Assembly: GCA_009914755.4 (NCBI GenBank)
Contig: CP068257.2
Span: 26,464,001 to 26,528,000, forward strand
Length of the DNA: 64,000 bases
Direction: 5' to 3'
From: the human T2T-CHM13v2.0 reference genome, Homo sapiens
A model generated the notes under the pieces. The model saw nothing but the letters and a program-made list of their open reading frames with translations. It was not told the DNA's origin and did no database searches. This document shows, one piece after another, positions 52,954-64,000 of the stretch (its first letter is position 1; each line of letters opens with the position of its first letter). A program made the translations under genes and the position numbers.

Positions 52954-55127
52954 CCATGGCTTGCAATCTGTTTTTGTAATCTTAATAGCACAAGATTCCA
53001 CAATGCCTTTCACATATTCTGGAGGCTGAATACCTTACTCCCTAAGCTGCTTTTCCCTGGACTTTCTCCGATTTTGTTGACTTTGGCTTTTAATCTTACC
53101 ACTCTGATGATGTGAGTAGTACAGGAAAACAAATAAACCACCAAATATCCAAGAAGAAATTTCTTCTTAAGCCCAAGCAGTAGCCTCAGTCACTCTATCC
53201 ACATCTCCCTTCTCTGAGAGTCCTGTCTGTCTATCTCAACCTGGAGCCTTTCGAGGCGGAAGCCCTACTTACCTGAATGAATACTCAGGGCCAGGCTTCC
53301 GGTACCAGCCTCATCGATGAATTGAAGGGAAGAGAAGAGGGAAGAGAACCACAAAGGAAATCTCAAAGAAAAAGAAATAGGAACTAAGAAAAAAGTTCCA
53401 CCCATGAAGGGTAAACTCTTTCTAGCTCTTTTCAATTCAAATACATCAGGTTGTTTTGAAAGAAAATACAATTAACCAGACAGGGAAAATGAAATCTTTC
53501 CTTTTTGTCACAGTTTAGAAAAGTAACTGCTATAACACACTGCATCAGAATAATAGATAGTATAAATAATTTTATAGACTTTGTAAGTAGAGAGTATTAG
53601 AACAATATTAAATAATCACTGAGATTATTACCTGTCCAGTATCCTTTATTTCTTTTGGAAATACTAGTCCTAATTATTGAGAAATTAATGACCCTCACCC
53701 CCCAGGACATCTGGTTGGCTGGCACCGCCCCTGCTCCCTGTGTGTCCACGATCTCCTGATGACTGAGGCAAATAGAACAGATGAACACATCACACAGCAT
53801 GGCCACGATCATGTTAGGCTCTTTGCTAGAACTGTACAAAAGGAGGTGTTTGTTTTTCCCTGATGTTATTATTTTGGGAACGTAGGAGCCAGGAGCTTCT
53901 CATGCTGTTTTGTGAAATACTGTCTTAAGAAAGAGCCAATAAATGAGGAAAAATTAGTCAGAAAGTGAGACTCTGGATGCTGCCATAACAAAAATCAGCC
54001 CAGGACCAGGAGTTCTTAATTGTGTGATCCCATATATTCTTTTTATTTTTAAAAGTGTATTGAACATTTGTGTCTAAGACTGGTGAAGGAAGATTTCTAT
54101 CCCTTAACGAGGGTCCTGACTGATATGGTCACCACTAGTTCCAGTGGAATTTTGTTTAATATCACAAGAGGCAAAGTCAAATTGGTTAACAATTATTTGA
54201 AGCCAATGATACAGTACATTTTATTTTCTTATATTAAGTTTAATAAATGCTATTAGCAATATGAAATGTATTTTTAAATAAGTTGGAAGATTCTGTTCTT
54301 TCATATTTGAAAGTAAGCAGCATAATTTCATAACTTTGGTTCATAATAGTTTCCTGTTTTCCAACCTGCCCTTGGTTTTCAAAACAGGCTGTTCATTTCC
54401 TTCAGGTAATTACATTTGAAACAATCCAAGAAGTTATCAGGATGACAGCATTACTTGCTTGATAATTGTTCCTGTAGAAATCACATCATGACTTTTTTCA
54501 GCATTTTTCCTTGAATTTTCACAAAAATAAATATCTTATGACTTTTTATGTTCAGAAAATCACTCAAATTATTTTCAAATATTTTGAAGTTGGAAAAATA
54601 CAAAAAGACGTTTGCCAAATAAAGTGTGCTTAAATTTTTAAATGTGTGTGTTTTTGATGGAAACTTAATTCATATGTTTCTCATCCATTTACAATTAGCT
54701 GATGACAATGTTTTATAAGGGTTTGATATCAGTTATTTTCAAAAGTATCATTAAATAATTTATTTTTAACTATAGAAAGTTGAAAAAAATATTTTTATTT
54801 GCTTATTCTTTTTGTACATGTAAGTAACATATTGTTAGAAGACTAATCAATGTTTACAGTTTTCTTATATTCTTTATAAAACTGCTAAATAGTTAAAGTA
54901 ATAGGAATAACAGTAGAAAAAGAAGCAATCAAAGGAAGACAGAACAATCTAAACCAGACGGGGAAAAAAATGAGAAAAATGTACAATAAAAGGAAACAGC
55001 CAAATGATCCAGCCCCAAAGGCAATTCTCCTAAACAATGCATGTTGTACAACCTTGCATATAAATTGGTTTTATATTTTCAGATGTGGAATATGAAGAAT
55101 TTCTATTCATACAATAGAGAGCAAGTG

Positions 55128-55550
55128 CAGTTGACTCTCATACTACAGGGATTTGAACTGTGCAGATTCACTTATACGCAGACTTTCTTTCCTTCTGCCA
55201 ACCCCAAGACAGTAAAGCCAACCCCCTTTCTTCCTCCTCCTCCTCAGCCTACTCTACCTGAAGACAATGAGAATTAAGACTTTTATTCACTTAATGAATA
55301 GTAAAAATATTTTCTCTTCCTTATGATTTAATTAACTTTTTTTGTCTGGCTTATTTGTTGTAAGAATGCAGTATATCACATATATAGCATAAAAATCAGT
55401 GTTCATCGACTGTTTATGTTATCAATAAGGCTTCCAGTCAACAGTAAGCTATTAGTAATTCAGTTTTTGAGGAGTTAAAAGTTATATGTGGTGTTTTTTA
55501 CTATGTTGGCGGTTGGCGCCCATAACTAATGCGTTGTTCAAGGATGAACT
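55128..55550. mobile_element. Tigger2-like (Tc1/mariner) nonautonomous DNA transposon / MITE
   Basis: The left end 'cagttgactctcatactacagggatttgaactgtgcagattcacttatacgcagactttctttcc' and the right end 'ggcggttggcgcccataactaatgcgttgttcaaggatgaactg' match the Tigger2 terminal inverted repeat 'CAGTTGACCCTTGAACAACGCGGGTTTGAACTGCGCGGGTCCACTTATACGCGGATTTT'. Characteristic internal motifs include 'cttcctcctcctcctcagcctactc...cttaatgaatagtaaa' and 'cgactgtttatgttatcaataaggcttccagtcaacagtaagctattagtaattcagtttttgaggagttaaaagttat'. Confidence 0.7.
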
Positions 55551-57740
55551 GTGCCAGAGTTCTGAATAATTGTTCAAACAAACCACAGCAGGTCTGCAAT
55601 CTGCATCTTTACTCCTCTCCTTTTGCTCCATCCTTTAACACATCTGCGCCCCACAGCTGGATCCAACTGAGTCGGACCCCCAAGTAGTACAAATATAAGA
55701 TGAAATCTCACTTTGTGTTCAAAATTGTTGAACATATGTCCTGTAAGCTCTATGCAACTATTTTCTAACATTTAGATGTGAAAATTCAAGAAATACAATT
55801 GTCAAATGATGCATTCTATGAGAGCCAGAATAGTAATTGAACCTAATATCTCATTTGATGAGACAGTGTTTGCACCATTTGAAAAATAATATATTCTTCA
55901 TAATTTCTCTCAATTCTGAAAATACAAGAGCATTACCACTAATACTTAGCAATTATCAACACTGCACATACCAGGCTTTCTGCTTGGTGTTTTGCATGTA
56001 TGATTGCTAATCCTCCAAATAGCAGGAAAATTATGTCTTTTTAATCCACATTTTACAGAGAAGAAACTCAACAGGCTCACCCTTCCCAAAAGTTCCCAGT
56101 GATGACTGTTTTAGTAATATGGTCTTCAGAAATATTTCCTACTTTCTCAACATCCACACAGTATTGGCTATAAGGAACATATAAAATTAATAGGGAAGTG
56201 TTCCTATTACAAATCTAAGTATATGTATGTATAAGTATATACATGTGTCTCTATGTAACAAACATTATGCACAATACCTACCAAAGTTCTAGTGATCTTG
56301 TAGCTCTGCCACCTAAAACACAGGAGGTTCATGTCCATTGTCAAATTGGAGGGTCATGTGAGATATGTTCGAATCTAGGCCTGAAATTCACTTATATCAC
56401 TTCCCTCCACCTCCTATTGGCCAGACCCAGGTATATGCTATGCTGAATCAAAGACATTGTCTCTTCAACAGTCCACTATTCTGGTTGCCAAACTATTACA
56501 TTCCTTCCATGTTTTGAACATACTTTCCATCTCCACAAAGGAATCGGTTCTATTCTGTCCTATCTCATCATTGCATATGGCTGAAGACCAGGGTCATCAA
56601 GAATGTATAGTAGTTTCTCATGCATCTGGATATGGCCCCTGTTGGTCCAATGACCTATCAACTAAAATGGCAAGTTGTCTGCCACCACATACCTGACATG
56701 GGGGGAGAATACCCACAATAAACATGCCCAATCCAAAGGAGAAAGTCAGAAGGCATACAGCAGTCACTGGTTGGTGATATTCTGAAATCTCACTGAGTAG
56801 CTATTTTGAAAACACTTTACTTTAGGGTTCTGAGAGATTCTTGATTGGACCTTTGTCTCTTTTTCTGGGGAAAAATCTCCCTTACACATGTCCATGTAAA
56901 CCCTAGGTTCTGATAAGGTACTCCTTGTCCGTGAATCTGCCTGTCCACATCTGAAATGGGAATTCCTTAGAAGGTGACCATCTCATGATAATGGAAACCC
57001 AAGTCTTGCTTTAGATGTGAAACAGCCAGATCTCCTTGACAATTGTTTAGAAACAACTCTCAAACTATGTTTTTCATCTCCTCTCACCCACAGCAAACAT
57101 CAAAAAAGAAGGCTTCTGTGACCAAATGTGAGCGGAGGGAGCTTTTCCCCCCACCAAGCAACTCCTCAGTGGATACCAAGTGGGTATCCTCCAATTAACT
57201 CCAACACTATCTACCTGTCAGATCTCACATGTTGAGTACTCAGTCCCCTAAACTTCTCTTGATTTCAGACACCAGTCACAAATCTAAGCCTCCAGAAATT
57301 CCAACCAACTGGCTTCAAGTTGGGCCTTCCAAAATCCCCTCTTTGGGCTCAATTAATTCGCTAGAGTGGCTTACAGAACTTAGGAAAATACTTCTCTTTA
57401 CTAGTTTATTATAGAGGAAATTACAAAGGATACAGATGAAGAGATGCATAGGGTGAGGTATGGGGGAAGGGGTATGGAGCTTCCATGCCCTCCCTGGGCT
57501 TGCCACCCTCTAGGAACCTCCACATGTTCATCTATCTGGAGGCTCCCTGAACCCCATCCTTTTGGGGTTTTATGGAGGCTTCATTACATAGTCACAATTG
57601 ACAACCGTGTAGAAATGTGACTGGACAAATAACACATAATCTAAACCCAATGAGGCTTGTCTCTTCAGACTTTTCTTGGCCTCTTTGTGTAGCATTCTTT
57701 CTTCTAGGGTAGGAGCAGGGACCTTCTTTGGAATGAGAAC

Positions 57741-58069
<329 letters not shown>

Positions 58070-59189
58070 TGAGAATATTTTGAACTACAATCAGATTAGA
58101 GTCTTGCCTGTGGAAGAAGGACAGGAGAATTTCAGAGAGAGAAAGAGAGTTTCTGTTCCATGAGGTCTGCTCCTGAGGCCTAAAGTGCCCCAGCATTATA
58201 ATAGAAGGGTATAAAAGGGGCTATGGGAGTTATCAACCAGGAATCATCAACAAAATCACAATATACTTCCGTCAAAAATGTAGTAGCCTTCTTATCTATG
58301 TACTTCCTGTCAGTTCCTTGTGACAGAAACCATACCCATTGCTCTTTCCTTGATTTAAATCTCAAGATTAATTAGTTCCTTGTTCCCATCATCATGTGTC
58401 TTTCTCAAAAGAATGTTGTTTACCTTAAGATGATCTGGTTCTCTGGTTCTTTAAGTTGTAACACCACAACAATAAAGTTCTAGGATAGAACTTTTTTTGT
58501 TTTAAAAAACGTATTTTTAAATGCCATGAAATTTAATGTGGCCCTCGGAAGTCTGAAGTGGGAGAATAATGCATTGACAAAGTTTACTGAACTGGCAATT
58601 CCTTTTCCTCCCACCTACAGTCTCCAAGCTGCCACTCTTCCTGCTCTCTCTGTCTCTCTTAAGGGCTAAAGATGCAATGTTTCTGGCTTCAGGGATCACT
58701 GGAACTATTTATTTCTTTAAAAATGGTTTTTATGTCATAGCACATATGATAAACCTTAATATTTCATGATACACTTAATGATATTGTACTGCATACCCAG
58801 GCTAATAGAAGAGGCTAGTCTCAATTTGCAGCAATAGCTCTGGCTGTGTAAGGCACTCACAATCAGATACAGTAGGGAATTTGCATCTTGGGCATATATG
58901 TCACCTGTACCCAGCTTGATTTGGGAGATTATGCAACTCATATCAACTTCAGGATAGCACTCACTTCTACAGAAGGAGGTAAAGGAAATGGATGGTCAGG
59001 ATGGAATAGGAGGCTCAATTGTATTTATAGTGGTTTGAAACATGTTTACAAATTATTTGATGCTTTCTCATCAAATGACAGAGTTAATTTTCTCCCCTTG
59101 AATCTGATTGTCCTTACTGACTCCTTAGGAATAAAACATTGTTGAAATGATAGATGTGACACAGAAAGATAAGCCATACAAGATATTTG

Positions 59190-59520
59190 TAGTTTTCATC
59201 TTGTCTCTCAGAGCACTCACTTGGAGAGAAAGCCAGCTGACTTGTGAGGACACCCAGGCAGCCCTATTGAGAGATCCATGTGGGGAGAAACTAAGGCTTC
59301 CTAGCTAAGTCATGTGAGTGAGCAAACTTGAAGCTCGATTTCCCAACCCCAGTGAAAGTTTCAGATGACTGCACCTCTGGCCGCAAACTTGTGAGAGACT
59401 TCAAGCCAGAAGCATCCCACTAGGCAACTCCTAAATTCCTGAGCCTCAGAAACTGTGAGAAAATAAATGTTATGGTTTTACATCACTTATTTTGGGAGCG
59501 ATATATTATGAAGCAATTCA
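59190..59520 (+). mobile_element. Probable 3' portion of an ERVL-MaLR LTR (MLT1-like)
   Basis: The terminal module 'cctgagcctcagaaactgtgagaaaataaatgttatggttttacatcacttattttgggagcgatatattatgaagcaattcattaactaaaaca' resembles MaLR LTR 3' ends. Confidence 0.4.
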
Positions 59521-60195
59521 TTAACTAAAACAATATTTGTAATGTTTTATGCTCAGAAAATCTAAAGCAAATATGTGAAAATAGGATAAATTAGGGTAGG
59601 TGGCAGGTACATGAATGCCACTGAACCTGTTTATTTAACACTTATATTGAATTTACTATGTTTCCTTCATTGTTCTATAATGCATTTAATTCTTATGAGT
59701 ACTCTATGTGAAAGATACCCTTCATTTTACAGATGAGTAAAATGGAGTCTAGAGAGATGCTATACATTGTCAAAGGTCACCAATGAATAAGTAGCACATA
59801 CAGAATTCATACCTGGACAGTATTACTCTGTGGTTTCTAGTTTTAGCATTACACTATTTTATGGATTATAACAATGTCAGTTATTTGCAAATCTTTGAAA
59901 TATTTCATAAATCATGAAAACTTAAATGATGAGATCCTTTTTTCCATCATTTTGATAGCCTTTTGTATATGCAAAGATTTATAATTTGTCTTTGTTAACT
60001 TTTTGGGCAAAAGGAGAAAAATTTAAAGATTAGAATGGAAAAAAAAGAAAATAAAAATAATTTTATATTCAGCAGCATATTAAGAAACTATTTGTTTATT
60101 TCCTAAAACATTAAGGCCAGAGTTTTTGCCTTCCATGGTTCAGGGGTGATTTAAAATTTGATGACTTTCTTCCTGAAAATCATATTTATGTGTCC

Positions 60196-60608
60196 TGTCA
60201 GGCCTTGAGCCCAAGCTAAGCCATCATATCCCCTGTGACCTGCACATACACATCCAGATGGCCGGTTCCTGCCTTAACTGATGACATTCCACCACAAAAG
60301 AAGTGAAAATGGCCTGTTCCTGCCTTAACTGATGACATTATCTTGTGAAATTCCTTCTCCTGGCTCATCCTGGCTCAAAAGCTCCCCTACTGAGCACCTT
60401 GTGACCTCCCACTCCTGCCAGCCAGAGAACAACCCCCTTTGACTAATTTTCCTTTACCTACCCAAATCCTATAAAACGGCACCACCCCTATCTCCCTTCA
60501 CTGACTCTCTTTTCAGACTCAGCCCGCCTGCATCCAGGTGAAATAAACAGCCTTGTTGCTCACACAAATCCTGTTTGGTGGTCTCTTCACACGGACGCGA
60601 GTGAAATT
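60196..60608 (+). mobile_element. HERV-H 5' LTR (LTR7 family)
   Basis: It begins 'tgtcaggccttgagcccaagctaagccatcatatcccctgtgacctgcacatacacatccagatggcc' and contains 'gtgaaaatggcctgttcctgccttaactgatgacatt', '...cctcccactcctgccagccagagaacaacccccttt...cctataaaacggcaccacccctatctcccttcactgactctcttttcagactcagcccgcctgcatccaggtgaaataaacagccttgttgctcacacaaatcctgtttggtggtctcttcacacggacgcgagtgaaa', all matching the LTR7 consensus as recalled. It is immediately followed by the tRNA-His primer-binding site. Confidence 0.9.
60470..60476 (+). promoter_or_regulatory. LTR7 TATA box 'tataaaa', with the polyadenylation signal 'aataaa' at 60542-60547 (U3/R elements of the retroviral promoter)
   Basis: The hexamers 'cctataaaacggc' and 'gtgaaataaacagcc' sit at the positions expected in the LTR7 consensus. 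Confidence 0.6.
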
Positions 60609-60626
60609 TGGTGCCGTGACTGGGAT
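60609..60626 (+). other. Retroviral primer-binding site complementary to tRNA-His (the HERV-H signature)
   Basis: The sequence 'tttggtgccgtgactgggatc' lies immediately 3' of the LTR and matches the HERV-H primer-binding site 'TGGTGCCGTGACTCGGAT'. Confidence 0.85.
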
Positions 60627-61179
60627 CAGGGGACCTCCCTTGGGAGATCAATCCCCTGTCCTACTCTTTGCTCCATGAGAAAGATCCACCTACAACCTCA
60701 GGTCCTCAGACTGACCAGCCCAAGGAACATCTCACCAATTTCAAATCCAGTAAGCGGCCTCTTTTTACTCTCTTCTCCAACCTCCCTCACTATCCCTCAA
60801 CCTCTTTCTCCTTTCAAGCTTGGCGCCACACTTCAATCTCTCCCTTCTGTTAATTTCAGTTCCTTTCATTTTCGGGTAGAGACAAAGGAGACACATTTTA
60901 TCTGTGGACCCAAAACTCCGGCGCCGGTCACGGACTCGGGAAGACAGCCTTACCTTGGTGTTTAATCATCGCCGAGATGCCTCTTGGATTATTCACCCAC
61001 GTTCCACTGGTGTCTGATCTCCGCAGGGGTGCCTTCCTTGATCATTCGCCCATGTTCCCTTGGTGGCAAGTCAATTGCAAGGACGCCTGCTTTGGCTGCT
61101 CACCCACGTTGCAGCCCAGGGCTGCTCCCCACCCCCTTCTCCGTGTCTCTACCCTTCTCTTTAAACTTGCCTCCTTCAC

Positions 61180-62400
61180 TATGGGCAACCTTCCACCCTC
61201 CATTCCTCCTTCTTCTCTCTTAGCCTGTGTTCTTAAGAACTTAAAACCTCTTCAACTCTCGCCTGACCTAAAATCTAAGCATCTTATTTTATTCTGCAAC
61301 ACCGCTTGGCCCCAATACAAACTTGACAAAGGCTCTAAAATAGCCACAGAACGGCACTTTCGATTTTTCCATCCCACAAGATCTCGATAATTCTTGTCGT
61401 AAAATGGGCAAATGGTCTGAGGTGCCTGACGTCCAGGCATTCTTTTACACATTGTTCTCTCCGTACTCTCTGTTCCCAATGTGACTCATCCCAAATCCTC
61501 CTTCTTTCCCTCCCGCCTGTCCTCTCAGTCCCAACCCCAAGCGTCGCTGAGTCTTTCTAATCTTCCTTTTCTACAGACCCATCTGACCTCTCTCCTCCTC
61601 CCCAGGCTGCTCCTCGCCAGGCCAAGCCAGGTCAAGCCAGGTCCCAATTCTTCCTCAGCCTCTGCTCCCCCACCCTATAATCCTTTTATCACCTCCCCTC
61701 CTCACACCCAGTCCGGCTTATAGTTTCGTTCCGCGACGCGACTAGCCCTCCTCCACCTGACCAGCAATTTCCTCTTAAAAAGGAGGCTGGAGCTAAAGGC
61801 ATAGTCAAGGTTAATGCTTCTTTTTCTTTATCCGACCTCTCCCAAATCAGTTAGCATTTAGGCTCTTTCATCAAATATGAAAAACCCAGCCCAGTTCATG
61901 GCTCGTTCGGCAGCAACCCTGAGACGCTTTACAGCCCAAGACCCTAAAATGTCAAAAGGCCGTCTTATTCTCAATATACATTTTATTACCCAATCCGCTC
62001 CTGACATTAAATAAAACTCCAAAAATTAAATTCCGGCCCTCAAACCTCACAACAGGACTTAATTAACCTCACCTTCAAGTTATACAATAATAGAGTAGAG
62101 GCAGCCAAGTAGCAATGTATTTCTGAGTTGCAATTTCTTGCCTCCACTGTGAGACAAACCCCAGCCACATCTCCAGCACACAAGAACTCCAAACGCCCAA
62201 ACCGCAGCTGCCAGGGGTTCCTCCAGAACCTCCTCCCCCAGGAGCTTGCTACAAGTGCCAGAAATCTGGCCACTAGGCCAAGGAATGCCCACAGCCCAGG
62301 ATTCCTCCTAAGCTGTGTCCCATCTGTGTAGGACCCCACTGAAAATCGGACTGTTCAACTCACCTGGCAGCCACTTCCACAGCCCCTGGAACTCTGGCCC
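61180..62400 (+). pseudogene. gag: HERV-H gag remnant, frameshifted and interrupted by stops
   Basis: ORF 60977..61390 contains 'MGNLPPSIPPSSLLACVLKNLKPLQLSPDLKSKHLILFCNTAWPQYKLDKGSKIA', the HERV-H Gag N-terminus. Another frame continues 'CRKMGKWSEVPDVQAFFYT'. ORF 61481..61723 carries the PPPY late-domain motif ('SASAPPPYNPF'). Confidence 0.8.
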
Positions 62401-62499
62401 AAGGCTCTCTGATTGACTCCTTCCCAGATCTTCTTGGCTTAGCGGCTGAAGACTGATGTTGCCGGATCGCCTCGGAAGCCTACAAGACCATCACAGACG

Positions 62500-62760
62500 C
62501 TCTAGGTAACTCTCACAGTGGAAGGTAAGTCCGTCCCCTTCTTAATCAATACGGAGGCTACCCACTCCACATTACCTTCTTTTCAAGGGCCTGTTTCCCT
62601 TGCCTCCATAACTGTTGCAGGTATTGACAGCCAGGTTTCTAAACCTCTTAAAACTCCCCAACTCTGGTGCCAACTTAGACAATACTCTTTTAAGCACTCC
62701 TTTTAGTTATCTCCACCTGCCCAGTTCCCTTATTAGGTGGAGACACTTTAACTAAATTAT
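62500..62760 (+). pseudogene. pro: HERV-H protease remnant with the active-site D-T/S-G degenerated to N-T-E
   Basis: ORF 62518..62706 reads 'VPFLINTEATHSTLPSFQGPVSLASITVAGIDSQV', aligning to MLV protease '[22 protein letters not shown]...VQGATGG'. The downstream 'GGDTLTKL' matches 'GRDLLTKL' in another frame. Confidence 0.7.
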
Positions 62761-62940
62761 CTGCTTCCCTGACTATTCCTAGACTATAGCCACATCTCAC
62801 TGCCGCCCTTCTTCCCAATCCAAAGCCTCCTTTGCATCCTCCTCTTGCATCCCACCTTAACCCACAAGTATAAGATACCTCTACTCCCTCCTTGGTGACT
62901 GATCATGCACCCCTTACCATCTCATTAAAACCTAATCACC

Positions 62941-63462
62941 CTTTACCCCTCCACTCAATACCAATATCCCATCCCACAGCACGCTTTAAAAGGATTAAAG
63001 CCTGTTATCACTCACCTGCTACAGCATGGCCTTTTAAAGCCTATAAACTCTCCTTACAATTCCCCCATTTTACCTGTCCAAAAACTGGACAAGTCTTACA
63101 GGTTAGTTCAGGATCTGTGCCTTATCAACCAAATTGTTTTGCCTATCCACCACATGGTGCCAAACCCATGTACTCTCCTATCCTCAATACCTCCCTCCAC
63201 AACCCATTATTCTGTTCTGGATCTCAAACATGCTTTCTTTACTATTCCTTTGCACCCTTCATCCCAGCCTCTCTTTGCTTTCACTTGGACTGACCCTGAC
63301 ACCCATCAGGCTCAGCAAATTACCTGGGCTGTACTGCCTCAAGGCTTCACAGACAGCCGCCATTACTTCAGTCAAGCCCAAATTTCTTCCTCATCTGTTA
63401 CCTATCTTGGCGTAATTCTCATAAAAACACACGTGCTCTCGCTGCTGATCATGTCTGACTAA
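62941..63462 (+). pseudogene. pol: HERV-H pol reverse-transcriptase domain (gammaretrovirus-like fingers/palm); the YxDD region is apparently deleted
   Basis: Frame-1 translation reads 'QYPIPQHALKGLKPVITHLLQHGLLKPINSPYNSPILPVQKLDKSYRLVQDLCLINQIVLPIHHMVPNPCTLLSSIPPSTTHYSVLDLKHAFFTIPLHPSSQPLFAFTWTDPDTHQAQQITWAVLPQGFTDS', colinear with MLV RT ('[41 protein letters not shown]...LDLKDAFFCLRLHP.SQPLFAFEW.DP......QLTWTRLPQGFKNSP'). The following sequence jumps to '...VTYLGVIL' without a YVDD motif. Confidence 0.85.
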
Positions 63463-63939
63463 TCTCCCAAACCTCAATCCCTTCCACAAAACAACTCCTT
63501 TCCTTCCTAGGCATGGTTAGTGCGGTCAGAATTCTTACACAAGAGCCGGGACCGCGCCCTGTAGCCTTTCTGTCCAAACAACTTGACCTTACTGTTTTAG
63601 CCTAGCCCTCAGGTCTGCGTGCAGTGGCTGCCGCTGCTTTAATAATTTTAGAGGCCCTAAAAATCACAAACTATGCTCAACTCACTCTCTACAGTTCTCA
63701 TAACTTCCAAAATCTATTTACTTCCTCACACCTGATGCATATACTTTCTGCTCCCCAGCTCCTTCAGCTGTACTCACTGTTTGTTGAGTCTCCCACAATT
63801 ACCATTGTTCCTGGCCCGGACTTCAATTCGGCCTCCCACAGTATTCCGGATACCACACCTGACCCCCATGACTGTATCTCTCTGATCCACCTGACATTCA
63901 CCCCATTTCCCCATATTTCCTTCTTTCCTGTTCCTCACC

Positions 63940-64000
63940 CTGATCACACTTGGTTTATTGATGGCAGTTCCACCAGGCCTAATCGCCACACACCAGCAAA
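63940..64000 (+). pseudogene. pol: Start of the HERV-H pol RNase H domain, truncated by the window end
   Basis: Translation 'TWFIDGSSTRPNRHTPAK' matches the conserved retroviral RNase H N-terminus 'TWFTDGSS'. Confidence 0.6.

Larger units (their letters stand above)
60609..64000 (+). mobile_element. HERV-H internal region (leader, gag, pro, pol); the provirus continues beyond the window end
   Basis: The gag, protease, RT and RNase H homologies listed below follow the LTR7 and tRNA-His primer-binding site. Confidence 0.9.

Noticed and set aside
55041-55277. ORF ending '...FLPPPPQPTLPEDNEN'
   Set aside because: It lies inside the Tigger2-like MITE. The proline codons come from the 'cttcctcctcctcctcagcc' motif of the transposon consensus.
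56840-57740. Possible additional LTR-like element upstream of the Alu at 57741
   Set aside because: It has LTR flavour ('...ccctccctgggcttgccaccctctaggaacctccacatgttcatc...'), but I could not recall any family consensus matching it and saw no clear TG...CA boundaries.
60675-61723. Proline-rich ORFs such as 'PPPYNPF' and 'LPPSIPPSS' that could be mistaken for a host gene
   Set aside because: They are HERV-H gag remnants: the 'MGNLPPS' N-terminus and the PPPY late domain. The frames are broken and the sequence follows an LTR7 and a tRNA-His primer-binding site.

Overview
This 64-kb window is primate, almost certainly human, nuclear DNA and not a prokaryotic locus. It is AT-rich (roughly 36-38% GC by eye) and more than half of it is recognisable interspersed repeat. 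I see no CRISPR array, operon, tRNA or rRNA gene, or defence island, and no convincing host protein-coding exon. Most ORFs in the supplied track are translation artefacts of repeats: Alu-derived '...[17 protein letters not shown]...' peptides, minisatellite periodic peptides, and retroviral gag/pol remnants.

Recognisable content:
- About 13 Alu elements, several with clear target-site duplications.
- Three L1 3' ends on the minus strand, one young L1PA 3' end on the plus strand, and a large ancient L1M body carrying a nested LTR and a nested Alu.
- Many ERVL-MaLR LTRs of THE1/MST and MLT1 type, including one near-full-length THE1/MST-class element with its internal region.
- Two Tc1/mariner-type nonautonomous DNA transposons (one Tigger-like, one Tigger2-like) and a MADE1 palindromic MITE of the kind that gives rise to mir-548 hairpins.
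- Several micro- and minisatellites.
- The most substantive feature is the 5' part of a HERV-H provirus at the right edge, from 60196 to the window end. It has an LTR7 5' LTR, a tRNA-His primer-binding site, gag starting with the HERV-H 'MGNLPPS' N-terminus, a protease with a mutated active site, and an MLV-like RT that reaches the start of RNase H ('TWFIDGSS') at the edge.

I found no evidence for a novel biological system. The items worth a second look are the HERV-H/LTR7 locus as a possible stem-cell-type promoter, the MADE1 hairpin, nested insertions that give relative dates, a few unique segments that retain CpGs in an otherwise CpG-depleted background (candidate conserved or regulatory elements, or an unannotated exon), and a small near-perfect palindrome. 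All repeat family names come from memory of consensus sequences, so treat subfamily assignments as approximate.
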